Source: Candidatus Kaiserbacteria bacterium
GTDB lineage: Bacteria > Patescibacteriota > Minisyncoccia > Phycocordibacterales > UBA2100
Length of the DNA stretch: 64,000 nt
Assembly (NCBI GenBank): GCA_963767115.1
Contig: CAVYCR010000012.1
Location: forward strand, 16,598 to 80,597
Direction of reading: 5' to 3'
Below are positions 18,302 through 27,125 of this stretch, one piece after another. The notes beneath the pieces are model-generated. The model had not been told where the DNA came from and ran no database searches. It worked only from the letters and a program-made list of their open reading frames with translations. Numbering within the stretch: position 1 is the stretch's first letter; every line of letters begins with the position of its first letter. The translations under genes and the position numbers were made by a program.

Positions 18302-18924
18302 GGTTTTGCAGGTGTCGCGTTGATTTGCTGGTTGCCCGCCACAAAAGCGTTCTTGGCTCTTATATTCACCTCGAGCTGCGGTTGCTTGATCTGCCTCAAC
18401 ATTGCGAACGACGATAAGAACTGCCTGTGCGCTCGGTCAATCTGTTTGCTCATCACTGCAAGGAGGTGGTTCTGCTCAGAGGAAGTGGAATCTCCGGGTA
18501 CATAACTGTTGTACCGCTTTGAACTATCGATATATCGAACAAACGAGCCTGCGATGGTTTCAGCAAGCATTTTCTCCATGTGAGTTGAGCAGTTGTTTTC
18601 CCGTATGATCTGGGCACAGAGCTCTTTTGCCATACCGCGATATTTTTCATTAAAGCTGTCCATCAGAGCAACATGAGTCTCGACCTCAAGCGCGAACATT
18701 GCAGATAGCGCCGGTTCCTGAAGCTCCCTTTGCTCCTCATCTTTATCACGCCTACCTTTGGATTTCGGTCTTGAAAAGATCTCGCTACAGCGCTCAAGCG
18801 CGTCGCCAAGATCTCCTTTTACTTTTGAGTTTTGTAGCAGTAGCGCTTTTGCGTCTTCTGGCGTGTAGCGTTTTACGAGAGCCTTCGATTTCTGTATTGG
18901 CGTGCTTGGGCTGGGCATCTGCAT
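18298..18924 (-). CDS. hypothetical protein (island-encoded)
   Basis: 208-aa ORF, lower GC than the core genome. No recognisable family. Confidence 0.4.
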   Translation of the reverse strand: MQMPSPSTPIQKSKALVKRYTPEDAKALLLQNSKVKGDLGDALERCSEIFSRPKSKGRRDKDEEQRELQEPALSAMFALEVETHVALMDSFNEKYRGMAKELCAQIIRENNCSTHMEKMLAETIAGSFVRYIDSSKRYNSYVPGDSTSSEQNHLLAVMSKQIDRAHRQFLSSFAMLRQIKQPQLEVNIRAKNAFVAGNQQINATPAKP

Positions 18925-19034
18925 AAAGTAAATCTGACGTTGTGCTGCTCATGCAACGATATCAAAAGCCGTGCAGTAAAACGGGCTCGGCTCTCCGGCG
19001 GCCTCTATAAAAATGGTTCGAGCGTCGTACAACA

Positions 19035-19230
19035 GGGCGGACAAGTACACAACAACGTTGCGGGGCAACGTTTTGTGACTTGTCCGGGCCGCAGCTCGTT
19101 TCGCGAGCTCGCGAAACGAGCGAGGCGGGGTCGCGGAAACTCTTTTGAGGCGACAAAAGAATTATCCGTGACGACATGAACTCTCCAAGGCGGGCCCGCG
19201 CAAATTTTCAGTAGAAAATTATGCGTGGGG
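19035..19230 (+). repeat. tRNA-trailer structured repeat, array B (three units: 19035-19090, 19122-19172, 19187-19230)
   Basis: Unit 1: GGCGGACAAGT…ACTTGTCC. Unit 2: GAGGCGGGGTCGCGG…CCGTGAC. Unit 3: AAGGCGGGCCCGCG-caaattttCAGTAGaaaattatg-CGTGGGG. Outer stems differ in sequence but stay complementary. Confidence 0.7.
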
Positions 19231-19263
19231 ACAAGATATCAAGTATACTATTCGTAAGCTGCG

Positions 19264-22200
19264 ATGAAGGAGCGCCACATCGATAATCAAAAAGGATCAC
19301 TGCGCGCGTTGCTTACGACGACCTTTCTGGCGTCGCTTCTCTTTACCACTATGACAGGCACAGCATTCGCAAGTGCTCCGCCAAGCTGGTTGCAAGCGCA
19401 CCCGCCGTTCCATCTAAGAATCAGAAGAATAAGTGCTAATCAAACAATAAGTCCAAACGCTCTGACGCCACAAGGTCTCACCCCGGCGCAGATAAAAAGC
19501 ATCTACAATCTTCCCTCGACGGGAGGGTCTGGAACGATCGCACTCATCGAGGCGTATGACAACCCTAATGCCGAAAGCGATTTAGGGACCTTTGATACGC
19601 AATTCAGTCTCGCGCCGTGTACCACCGCAAACACCTGCTTCACAAAACATCAGATGTCGGTGAGCACATCGACCAACAGCGGCTGGACCGTCGAATCGTC
19701 GCTCGACGTAGAATGGGCGCATGCGATCGCTCCCAACGCGAAGATTCTTCTCGTGGAAGCACAGAGCTCGAGTGATAACGATCTTATCGCCGCGGTCGAT
19801 TATGCGCGCAACCAGCCGGGCGTCGTTGCGATATCGATGAGCTGGGGCAGTGCGGAATTTTCGGGCGAATCATCCGACGATTACCACTTTGTCTCGCCGT
19901 ACGGAGCCGTATTCTTTGCTTCCACCGGTGACACAGGGAGCGGTGTAGCGTGGCCGGCCGTTTCCACAAACGTGGTCGCGGTCGGCGGAACCACACTTAA
20001 TTTCACTGGTAATACCTTTACCTCAGAGACAGCGTGGAGTGGGAGCGGCGGAGGCTTGAGCAAATATGTGAACGAACCCAGCTATCAATTACTGTATGGC
20101 GTGCCGCAAGCAAACGGCTTTCGGGCAATTCCCGACGTCTCCTACGACGCAGATCCCAACTCCGGTTTTTCTATCTACGACAGCACGGGCTATCAAGGCC
20201 AGTCGGGCTGGCTCGTTGTCGGTGGGACAAGTGCCGGCGCGCCTCAATGGGCTGCAATTGATGCTCTCGCGAGTACCACGAATAATACAAACCTGTATGC
20301 TGTTGCTTCGAGCAGCGGCAGCTATGCTTCAGACTTTCGGGACATTACAAGCGGGACCAACGGGAGTTGCGGATTCGATTGTACCGCACAGGTGGGTTAT
20401 GATTACGTAACCGGGCTCGGCAGCCCTCTCACCGATATCTTCAACACTCCGCCGACATATGCCCATGTCACACCGGCAACAGGCGCAGTGAACGTCTCGA
20501 TAGACACAACATCATATGCGGGGGGCACGGCCACGTGGACCACTCTTACCGGACCGGTGATTCAGGAAACGTCCGCTGATCAAATCACTTCGGGCGTTTA
20601 TACGCTCACATTGCCTTCAGGCTGGCAGTTCAATACGACACACAATGTAAACATAACAACAGGAGGCGGCACCTCTTTGAGCGTGGCGTCGACGACAATA
20701 ACGCCAAATGCCAGCAGTCTTTCCTTTGACGTGACGGCGGTATCAGCAACCGGAACCGCGACACTCACATTGAGTGGCATTCAGGTACAGCCGACCGGAA
20801 CCAGTTCGCCGTCGATCGGCACGATCACGTATTCCGGCCCCACGATTGCCGGAGCCGACAACACCACCTCGTTCGGTACACTTTCAACGACGGCAGGCGC
20901 CTCCACGACGGTGAATGTGGAAACTGTGGCAAACGGCACTGGTACTGTAGTCCAAGCGCAGAATCTTGCCTCAGGAAGCAGTACTACGGTCTATACAGTT
21001 ACCAGGGACCAATTCGGAAATTTTGTCGCAAATGCTCCCGCCGTCTGGTCTCTCGTATCCAAAACTGGCGGCGTTGCAAACGGAGACCTCTCCGCAAGTA
21101 GCAGCCAAGAAAGCGCAACTCTGACGGGAACCTTGGACGGCAGCTGCAAGATCCATGCCTCCATTGGCGGTCTTGCCAGTGTTGATTCGGGCTTGATCAC
21201 GGTCGTTCCCGGTACAATAACCAGCCTTTCGCTTTCTCCACAGAGTGCGACCACCACGACAGGCACTACGGTAACGTACTCCGTACAGGGATTTGACACG
21301 CAAGGCAACGGCGCAACGACCACCGCGAGCAGCACCTTTTCTATATCATCGGGTGCAGGCGGGTCCTTCAGCGGGTCCACATACGCTCCGCAGAACACGG
21401 GGAATTGGATTGTTTCCGCTTTGTATGGGAGCCTCACGGGTAGCTCGACCCTCACTGTCATACCGCAAGTTGCACAGAAGCTCATCTTCTCCACTGAGCC
21501 CACAAGCACTGCCGCGAGTTCGAGCCTGACCACAACAGTCAGTACTGAAGATTCATTGGGCAATCTAGATACAAATTACTCCGGCATCATAACGCTCGAC
21601 GTTTATAACAACCCGGGACTTTTACAAGGAGTGACATCCACTCCCGCCGTCGCCGGCGTGGCAGCATTTAATGCCATCACGATCAATCAGCCCGGAAGCG
21701 GTTATGTTTTGGACGCGACTGCCGCCGGATTAACGAGTACCACATCGAGCGCATTCGATATGACCGCTGCGCCATCGGTGCTTCCCGCGGCAGGTACCTA
21801 CACTTCCAATCAAAGCGTCGTGCTTTCCGCTGCGCCCGGATCAAACGGCTTGTACTATACAGTTGACGGATCCACTCCCGATTGCACCGTTCCCACAGGC
21901 ATAAGCGGAACAAGCAGCGTATCGATTTCCGTTGCCTCAACTGAGACAATTTCCGCCCGCTCTTGCTATGCAGGCGCAGTTCAATCGAGCGTAGGATCCT
22001 TCGCGTACACATTGCAATGCACTGTGCCTTCGGTAAGTAACGGTTCCGTCGCGAGTTATCCCGCATGCACTATTACCTGCAATGTGGGTTACTCGCTTTC
22101 GGGAAATTCGTGCGTCGCTGTTGGCGGCGGTAGTGGCGGGGGCGGGGGTGGAGGCGCGCCCATCAGTGCCTCCGCAATTTCTTTAGCGTCGACCTCAACA

Positions 22201-22848
22201 ACTGTTGCTACGAATACCGTGCAGGTTGTATCGAACACCGCGGCGGCTCTCGCAAGCACATCAAACACCGTGCGCGTTCCCGCCGCCACGAGTCTCGTAT
22301 CGACCAACGATGGGGTCGCACTGCCTAGCTTTTCGCGCAATCTCTGGAAAGGCATGACCGACCCGCTCGTTCGTTCACTACAGGAGTTGCTTAATCACCT
22401 CGGCTTTACTATCGCGCAGAGCGGCCCGGGCTCTCCGGGCGATGAAAGCGATTATTTTGGGGCAGCCACGCAGCGCGCACTGATCGCATTCCAGAGTGCC
22501 CACGCTATCACGCCCGCGAGCGGCTATCTCGGGCCGGCCACGCGAGCACTCATTAGCACGATGACGAGCAGTACAACGCCGCCGATCCAGACAACCCAAG
22601 TAGCGAGCAACACGCCAAGCACGCCGACGCCGTTCACCCGCAATCTCCAGCTCGGCTCTCAAGGCAGCGATGTCGCTTCGCTCCAGCAATTGCTGATTAC
22701 CGCGGGATATTCGCTTCCTGCTGGTGCGACCGGCTATTTCGGCACGCAGACACGCGAAGCGCTCATGCAATATCAGGGCGCTCACGGCATCACACCCGCC
22801 AGCGGATACTTCGGACCTGCGACACGCGCTTTCGTCGCAGGACAATAA
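19264..22848 (+). CDS. secreted multidomain S53 (sedolisin-like) peptidase with Ig-like repeats and two C-terminal peptidoglycan-binding domains
   Basis: 1194 aa with a signal peptide. The S53 core shows (…ESSLDVEWAHAIAPNAKILLVEA…STGDTGSG…GGTSAGAPQWAA…). Long T/S-rich beta-repeat region, poly-Gly linker, and two PG_binding_1-like repeats (…YFGAATQRALIAFQ…; …YFGTQTREALMQYQ…). Confidence 0.8.
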   Translation: MKERHIDNQKGSLRALLTTTFLASLLFTTMTGTAFASAPPSWLQAHPPFHLRIRRISANQTISPNALTPQGLTPAQIKSIYNLPSTGGSGTIALIEAYDNPNAESDLGTFDTQFSLAPCTTANTCFTKHQMSVSTSTNSGWTVESSLDVEWAHAIAPNAKILLVEAQSSSDNDLIAAVDYARNQPGVVAISMSWGSAEFSGESSDDYHFVSPYGAVFFASTGDTGSGVAWPAVSTNVVAVGGTTLNFTGNTFTSETAWSGSGGGLSKYVNEPSYQLLYGVPQANGFRAIPDVSYDADPNSGFSIYDSTGYQGQSGWLVVGGTSAGAPQWAAIDALASTTNNTNLYAVASSSGSYASDFRDITSGTNGSCGFDCTAQVGYDYVTGLGSPLTDIFNTPPTYAHVTPATGAVNVSIDTTSYAGGTATWTTLTGPVIQETSADQITSGVYTLTLPSGWQFNTTHNVNITTGGGTSLSVASTTITPNASSLSFDVTAVSATGTATLTLSGIQVQPTGTSSPSIGTITYSGPTIAGADNTTSFGTLSTTAGASTTVNVETVANGTGTVVQAQNLASGSSTTVYTVTRDQFGNFVANAPAVWSLVSKTGGVANGDLSASSSQESATLTGTLDGSCKIHASIGGLASVDSGLITVVPGTITSLSLSPQSATTTTGTTVTYSVQGFDTQGNGATTTASSTFSISSGAGGSFSGSTYAPQNTGNWIVSALYGSLTGSSTLTVIPQVAQKLIFSTEPTSTAASSSLTTTVSTEDSLGNLDTNYSGIITLDVYNNPGLLQGVTSTPAVAGVAAFNAITINQPGSGYVLDATAAGLTSTTSSAFDMTAAPSVLPAAGTYTSNQSVVLSAAPGSNGLYYTVDGSTPDCTVPTGISGTSSVSISVASTETISARSCYAGAVQSSVGSFAYTLQCTVPSVSNGSVASYPACTITCNVGYSLSGNSCVAVGGGSGGGGGGGAPISASAISLASTSTTVATNTVQVVSNTAAALASTSNTVRVPAATSLVSTNDGVALPSFSRNLWKGMTDPLVRSLQELLNHLGFTIAQSGPGSPGDESDYFGAATQRALIAFQSAHAITPASGYLGPATRALISTMTSSTTPPIQTTQVASNTPSTPTPFTRNLQLGSQGSDVASLQQLLITAGYSLPAGATGYFGTQTREALMQYQGAHGITPASGYFGPATRAFVAGQ

Positions 22849-22891
22849 TATCGCGAACATTGGGCATGTGCCGCTCCGCTGTTTTTAGGCT

Positions 22892-24694
22892 TTAGTGGCT
22901 GATATTGATCTGCACTGCCTGCTGCGCAATCATGTTGCCGATGCCGTCTTTGGCGACGAAGTTCACCGTATAAGGCCCGCTCCCGCGCCATGTCCACTGC
23001 GAGAGATCGACGTCGGACTCCATATGCGGGCTGTCTGTAGATGAGGGCTGCATCTGGTTGAGCGCTCCGCTATCGACCTGCCAGTACATGGTGTATTGCG
23101 AAGTAGGAAGAGTATTCACGACAGCCTTAAATGGCTGCACGCCCGAGACACTCACGCCATTGGTCGGCCACCACACATGTATTATTTGTCCGCCCTGACT
23201 ACTCGTCGATCCCCCGCTCGATCCAGTCGAAGCGCTTACAGCGATAGTTGCTGCACTGTTATTCCAAGTATACAGTGTCGACCAATCGCTACTAAAGACC
23301 CCGATCTTGATCGTATAGGTGCCGCTGCTACTGGGTGTCCAGGAAACCGCGTACTGTAGATTTTGGCCCGATGAGAAATTCTGCGATCCGAATGTGTGCT
23401 GCAACACCTGCGCACCCGATGAGTTATAGACTTCAATATCGACATTGGCGTTTGAGATTGCACTGCCCTGGTCGGTGATCGAGGCCGTGAGATTCACGCT
23501 CCCGCCAGTAGAAGCCGAAGATGGATTCGCGCCGCCAGCGACAGCAAATGCCGCGTTGCTGGTAGTTCCTCCATTAGACCCTCCGCCATTTGAAGCCGGC
23601 GGCGACAGGAAGTATTGCTGTATCGTCTGCTCCGCCGGTTTGTTGGCTATCAAATAATCGGTATCGCCGCTTCCTCCGGAAGAAGGATTGCTGTTGTCGT
23701 ACCAGATGCCGAGCCCTTGCATATATGAATAGTTGTTCCAGTATTGCAGGAGCGCCGTATAATCGTTCACCTGTTCCTGCGGGTCGTAGCTGCCGCCCAT
23801 GCTCGAATTCCACGGCTCGAGATGGGCGTTTGTGACGCTTCGGTAGCCAACTTCGGAGAACAGGATCGGCTTGCCCCACTGACTCTCAAGCGGCTCTATC
23901 GTCGAGCTGTTGATCGTACTCCAGTCGTTCTCCAAGTTTGCCACAGAATCATCGCCGTCGAGGTTGTAATACGCCGAGATGCCGATATAGTCGAGGTCGC
24001 TCCAGAAACCGATCTGCGGCGGCTCGTCTACGGCACTGCTGCCGCCCCAATTGGCGTCGTAGAAGAGCTTGCCGTGGTAGACGCTTCGCACCGCGCTGAT
24101 CATACTCTCCCATGCCGAGGTATTGCCCGGATTGACCGTTGCCGAAGACATGTCGATGAGCTCGGTGCCGATGCAGTATTCCTCAACGCCGTATAGTTCT
24201 GCCATCTGCGCATATTTCATCAAAGCGGTCTTGTAATTGCTAAACCAAGTCGTGCGGTCGCTCGGGTTTATAGTGGCACGCCAAGCACCGTCTTCGGGGT
24301 CGAGGTGGAGCTTGAGTATCACGCCCATCCCCTGGGCATGCGCGTATTGGATCGCTGAGATAAGCGAGGAGTCAGTCGGCGTGTTGCCGCCCGGAGCGAC
24401 ATCGGTCGAGTAGATGTTGGACTGGTAGTACGGGATCACGAGCGTGACGTAGTTGAAGCCGAGCGATTTCGCATGCGTCACTACTTGTTCGAAGCCGCTA
24501 CTGCCGAAATCGCTCGGCGAATCGGGATAGATACTGATACTGCGCTGCCATGAAGCTATGTCGGCGTTTGCAAATCCCGCAGGCAGCAGAATCATCGCGG
24601 TAAGCGTCGCGATGCATGCTCGCGCGGCTAATGCGCGATAGCCGAATATTTGGAAGCTGCTTCTAGTAGGACTCTTTTGCGCAGCCGCTTTCAT
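22892..24694 (-). CDS. secreted glycoside hydrolase (TIM-barrel, clan GH-A-like) with C-terminal Ig-like domains
   Basis: 600 aa with a signal peptide. …GFNYVTLVIPYY…GMGVILKLHLDPEDG…EEYCIGTELI…PILFSEVGYRS… suggests NE…E catalytic glutamates on a (beta/alpha)8 barrel. Two C-terminal beta-sandwich-like repeats. Confidence 0.65.
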   Translation of the reverse strand: MKAAAQKSPTRSSFQIFGYRALAARACIATLTAMILLPAGFANADIASWQRSISIYPDSPSDFGSSGFEQVVTHAKSLGFNYVTLVIPYYQSNIYSTDVAPGGNTPTDSSLISAIQYAHAQGMGVILKLHLDPEDGAWRATINPSDRTTWFSNYKTALMKYAQMAELYGVEEYCIGTELIDMSSATVNPGNTSAWESMISAVRSVYHGKLFYDANWGGSSAVDEPPQIGFWSDLDYIGISAYYNLDGDDSVANLENDWSTINSSTIEPLESQWGKPILFSEVGYRSVTNAHLEPWNSSMGGSYDPQEQVNDYTALLQYWNNYSYMQGLGIWYDNSNPSSGGSGDTDYLIANKPAEQTIQQYFLSPPASNGGGSNGGTTSNAAFAVAGGANPSSASTGGSVNLTASITDQGSAISNANVDIEVYNSSGAQVLQHTFGSQNFSSGQNLQYAVSWTPSSSGTYTIKIGVFSSDWSTLYTWNNSAATIAVSASTGSSGGSTSSQGGQIIHVWWPTNGVSVSGVQPFKAVVNTLPTSQYTMYWQVDSGALNQMQPSSTDSPHMESDVDLSQWTWRGSGPYTVNFVAKDGIGNMIAQQAVQINISH

Positions 24695-24761
24695 CTGCTT
24701 ATTGTATGCGCAGATGAGATAAGTTTATGTGAAGTCTTTTAGACTTTGTCCTAAAAACCTC

Positions 24762-25205
24762 TTAGTAGTAATACGACGATGAGGGGCTGTACCCGTAGTT
24801 GTATCCGTAAGAATAGTTGTACGATGGCATCATGTAGCTGTACGTCATCGGATAACTAGAGCTGTATCCGGTGTTGTATGTGTACGACGGGGAGTACGAA
24901 TATTGTTGTTGCGGATAATAGCTGGAGTAGGAATACGGCACATATCCGCCACAGGGCGTGCTTGAGTAGAAACCGCCAGTGCAAACGAAACCGCCGTTAT
25001 TGTCTGACTGACCATAATTGGGCGAATAATAATAGCCAGTATTCTGCATATATTGGTACTGCTGATACTGCGGTTGGTATTGCGACTGATACTGATACGT
25101 CGGCTGATACTGATACTGGTAGTAACTTCCTGCTGAGGCGGTCAACGGCATTATGGTAAGGACTGCTCCTGCGACTACTGATGCGATTGCTGTTATATTC
25201 TTCAT
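24762..25205 (-). CDS. secreted Tyr/Gln/Ser-rich low-complexity protein
   Basis: 147 aa. Signal peptide MKNITAIASVVAGAVLTIMPLTASA, then YYQYQYQPTYQYQSQYQPQYQQYQY…YSYGYNYGYSPSSSYYY; about one residue in three is Tyr. Confidence 0.55.
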   Translation of the reverse strand: MKNITAIASVVAGAVLTIMPLTASAGSYYQYQYQPTYQYQSQYQPQYQQYQYMQNTGYYYSPNYGQSDNNGGFVCTGGFYSSTPCGGYVPYSYSSYYPQQQYSYSPSYTYNTGYSSSYPMTYSYMMPSYNYSYGYNYGYSPSSSYYY

Positions 25206-25278
25206 AAGTACATACTATAGAAAGTCTCCCGAATAATCAATGAAATTTGAGCTACATAATGCTACTATACTCTCGTAA

Positions 25279-25360
25279 GGGCAGATGGCGGAATTGGTAT
25301 ACGCGCCAGCCTTAGGAGCTGGTCCCGCAAGGGTTGGGAGTTCGAGTCTCCCTCTGCCCA
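25279..25360 (+). tRNA. tRNA-Leu (anticodon TAG)
   Basis: Acceptor GGGCAGA/TCTGCCC, anticodon stem CCAGC/GCTGG, loop CUUAGGA, long variable arm, T-loop TTCGAGT. Confidence 0.85.
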
Positions 25361-25488
25361 CCGAAGCGAAGCGAAGAGTGGTCAGAGAGCACAGTGCGGG
25401 GCACTGTGCGTGGAGACTCGAAAGCCGGACCCACCTTGGGCGGGGAGGCGGGGTCGCGCAAAATTTCAGCAGAAATTTATGCGTGACC
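25361..25488 (+). repeat. tRNA-trailer structured repeat, array C (unit 25445-25488)
   Basis: GCACAGTGC-ggg-GCACTGTGC hairpin, GGAGACTCGAAAGCC module, then GAGGCGGGGTCGCGC-aaaatttCAGCAGaaatttat-GCGTGACC. Confidence 0.7.
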
Positions 25489-25530
25489 GAGCTCCCTCTA
25501 CTTATAGATAGTATGAAGGAAAGCTAAAAA

Positions 25531-25848
25531 CTACGGGTTGGTAAATATATTACCCGTCGAGGGCGCGTTCAGCGTGGGGTTGGGGTTCGAGACTTGCAGG
25601 TTGAACGTGCTATCGAGGAGCGAAATGATCCCGTATACCGAGACCATGATGAACATCCCGAAGACACCGGAGATCATATGGCGCTTGCCGTTCTCGATGC
25701 CCGCTTTCTCACCGGTGCTCTGCGCCACCATGAACTCAAAGAGTCCCCACATAAACATGAAGAATCCCGCAGCGAATATCACCAACAAGATGGGGTTGAT
25801 GATATAGGTACTGATCGCAGTTACGATCTGGTTGGTCGCATTATTCAT
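25531..25848 (-). CDS. TrbC/VirB2-like pilin paralog 1
   Basis: 105 aa. Two TM helices flank a STGEKAGIENGKR loop. Tandem with four similar genes. Confidence 0.5.
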   Translation of the reverse strand: MNNATNQIVTAISTYIINPILLVIFAAGFFMFMWGLFEFMVAQSTGEKAGIENGKRHMISGVFGMFIMVSVYGIISLLDSTFNLQVSNPNPTLNAPSTGNIFTNP

Positions 25849-25900
25849 GACTCTGTGAGTCCGTTATCGGACTTGATACTAACGAGACTAGTCGGTGAGA

Positions 25901-26278
25901 TTATGGGACCTGCAGTGATTGAGGTGCTTGCGCTTGATCAGTACTACTCACGCCGAAGGTCGATTGCAAGACGTGAATGATGCCCCAGATAGATACCATC
26001 ACGAAGATGGCGATGATGCCGTAGATCATCGTGTTGAGACCGTCGCTTCTCTCTTCGGTATTGCTCTTGTTGAAGATGTACCGTACGAGGCCCCAGAAGA
26101 AGGCGGCGATGGCACAGGTAATGAGGAGAATGATGATGTCGTTGAGCGCTGAGTTGGCGAAACGAATAAGGCCAACGATGCCCGACGATACGGTATAGGT
26201 GCTGCTCTGTGCATTTGCGATGAAGGGCGCAGCAAGCATCGCTGCCGTCGATCCTAGAAGTACGATACTTTTGCGCAT
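25901..26278 (-). CDS. TrbC/VirB2-like pilin paralog 2
   Basis: 125 aa. Signal peptide (…PFIANAQ), two TM helices and a charged loop NKSNTEERSDG. The C-terminal …VSIWGIIHVLQSTF is shared with paralog 4. Confidence 0.5.
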   Translation of the reverse strand: MRKSIVLLGSTAAMLAAPFIANAQSSTYTVSSGIVGLIRFANSALNDIIILLITCAIAAFFWGLVRYIFNKSNTEERSDGLNTMIYGIIAIFVMVSIWGIIHVLQSTFGVSSTDQAQAPQSLQVP

Positions 26279-26373
26279 AACGATTCTTGAAATTTACTAT
26301 TTTTAAGTCCCCTCATTGTATATTCAGGCTCCCTCCGCACAAGGCCCTCCGACCTAGGCTGTGGATAAGGGTT

Positions 26374-26748
26374 TTACTCGCTTTTGGGCGCTACTTTGCT
26401 CGCACTCACCGAGATCGCCATGAAACCGACGACTACGATGACGAAGCCGACGACGGCAAAGAAGGCTGCTTGGATGATGTCGGCAACGGCGACAAGGAGC
26501 ACGTCGACGAACAGGACGGTCACGCCCCATGCCATCCTATGAAGCCCGCGTACGCGGTAGTCGCTCCCGAGGAAAACGAGGTATTCGATGAAGCCGGCGA
26601 GAAACAGAAGCAGCGAGAGCACGATGAGTACGCCGACCACGATGTTGAGGAGGCCGAGTACGGTGGAGATCGTGTCGGTCGTTTGCGCAAACGCGACAGC
26701 GGGAGCGACAAGAGACACTATCCCCGCTGAGAATAAAAGGCGACGCAT
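26374..26748 (-). CDS. TrbC/VirB2-like pilin paralog 3 (divergent)
   Basis: 124 aa. Signal peptide (…AVAFAQT) and multiple hydrophobic helices. Confidence 0.4.
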   Translation of the reverse strand: MRRLLFSAGIVSLVAPAVAFAQTTDTISTVLGLLNIVVGVLIVLSLLLFLAGFIEYLVFLGSDYRVRGLHRMAWGVTVLFVDVLLVAVADIIQAAFFAVVGFVIVVVGFMAISVSASKVAPKSE

Positions 26749-26751
26749 ACC

Positions 26752-27120
26752 TTATGGTGTAGTCGCAGGACCGCTATACACGCCGCTTCCGTTGCCGTTT
26801 GCAGCCTCTGGAGAACCGAAGACGGTGTATTGGAGTACTTGGACGATGCCCCAGATCGAGACCGCGACGAAGAGAATGATGATGCCCTGCAAGAGCAGCT
26901 TGCGGAACGCTCCCCTGTCGACCTTGCCTGATTGTGCGTCCCAGATGTGCTTCGTGATGCCGTAAAAATAATACATGATCATCGCGGTGATCAGGAGTAT
27001 CGCGCCGTCGTTGAGGATCTGCACAATGGCAGTTGCGAGGTCGGATAGGTCGCTGCTCGCCGCCGAAGCGGCGATGGGCATCGCGAGAATGACGAGCGGG
27101 CTGTAGTTGATAAGACGCAT
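26752..27120 (-). CDS. TrbC/VirB2-like pilin paralog 4
   Basis: Start at ATG 27120 (MRLINYSPLVILAMPIAASAA…); the longer 226-aa ORF upstream is Arg-rich read-through. Two TM helices; …VSIWGIVQVLQYTV. Confidence 0.5.
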   Translation of the reverse strand: MRLINYSPLVILAMPIAASAASSDLSDLATAIVQILNDGAILLITAMIMYYFYGITKHIWDAQSGKVDRGAFRKLLLQGIIILFVAVSIWGIVQVLQYTVFGSPEAANGNGSGVYSGPATTP

Positions 27121-27125
27121 ACATG

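Larger units (their letters stand above)
15418..19029. mobile_element. decayed integrated element at the tRNA-Lys 3' end (recombinase remnant, 4-helix-bundle remnant, DGR TR/VR + target, two hypothetical genes)
   Basis: The recombinase ORF reads into the tRNA 3' end. An imperfect copy (13/15) of the tRNA-Lys 3' end, CAACAGGGCGGACAA, lies at 19030-19044 and is followed by a tRNA-trailer repeat array like those after other tRNAs. Confidence 0.55.

Noticed and set aside
19035-19230. Possibility that the GAGGCGGGGTCGCG repeats are a CRISPR array
   Set aside because: The units are internally structured hairpins of variable length with no constant repeat/spacer periodicity. They are scattered behind tRNAs in arrays of one to three units, and no cas genes are present.
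15418-19264. Search for a DGR reverse transcriptase next to the TR/VR pair
   Set aside because: None of the ORFs in any frame here shows RT-like motifs (no YxDD-type box or LPxGxxxS-like fingers that I can see). I therefore do not annotate an RT and describe the cassette as RT-less within this window.
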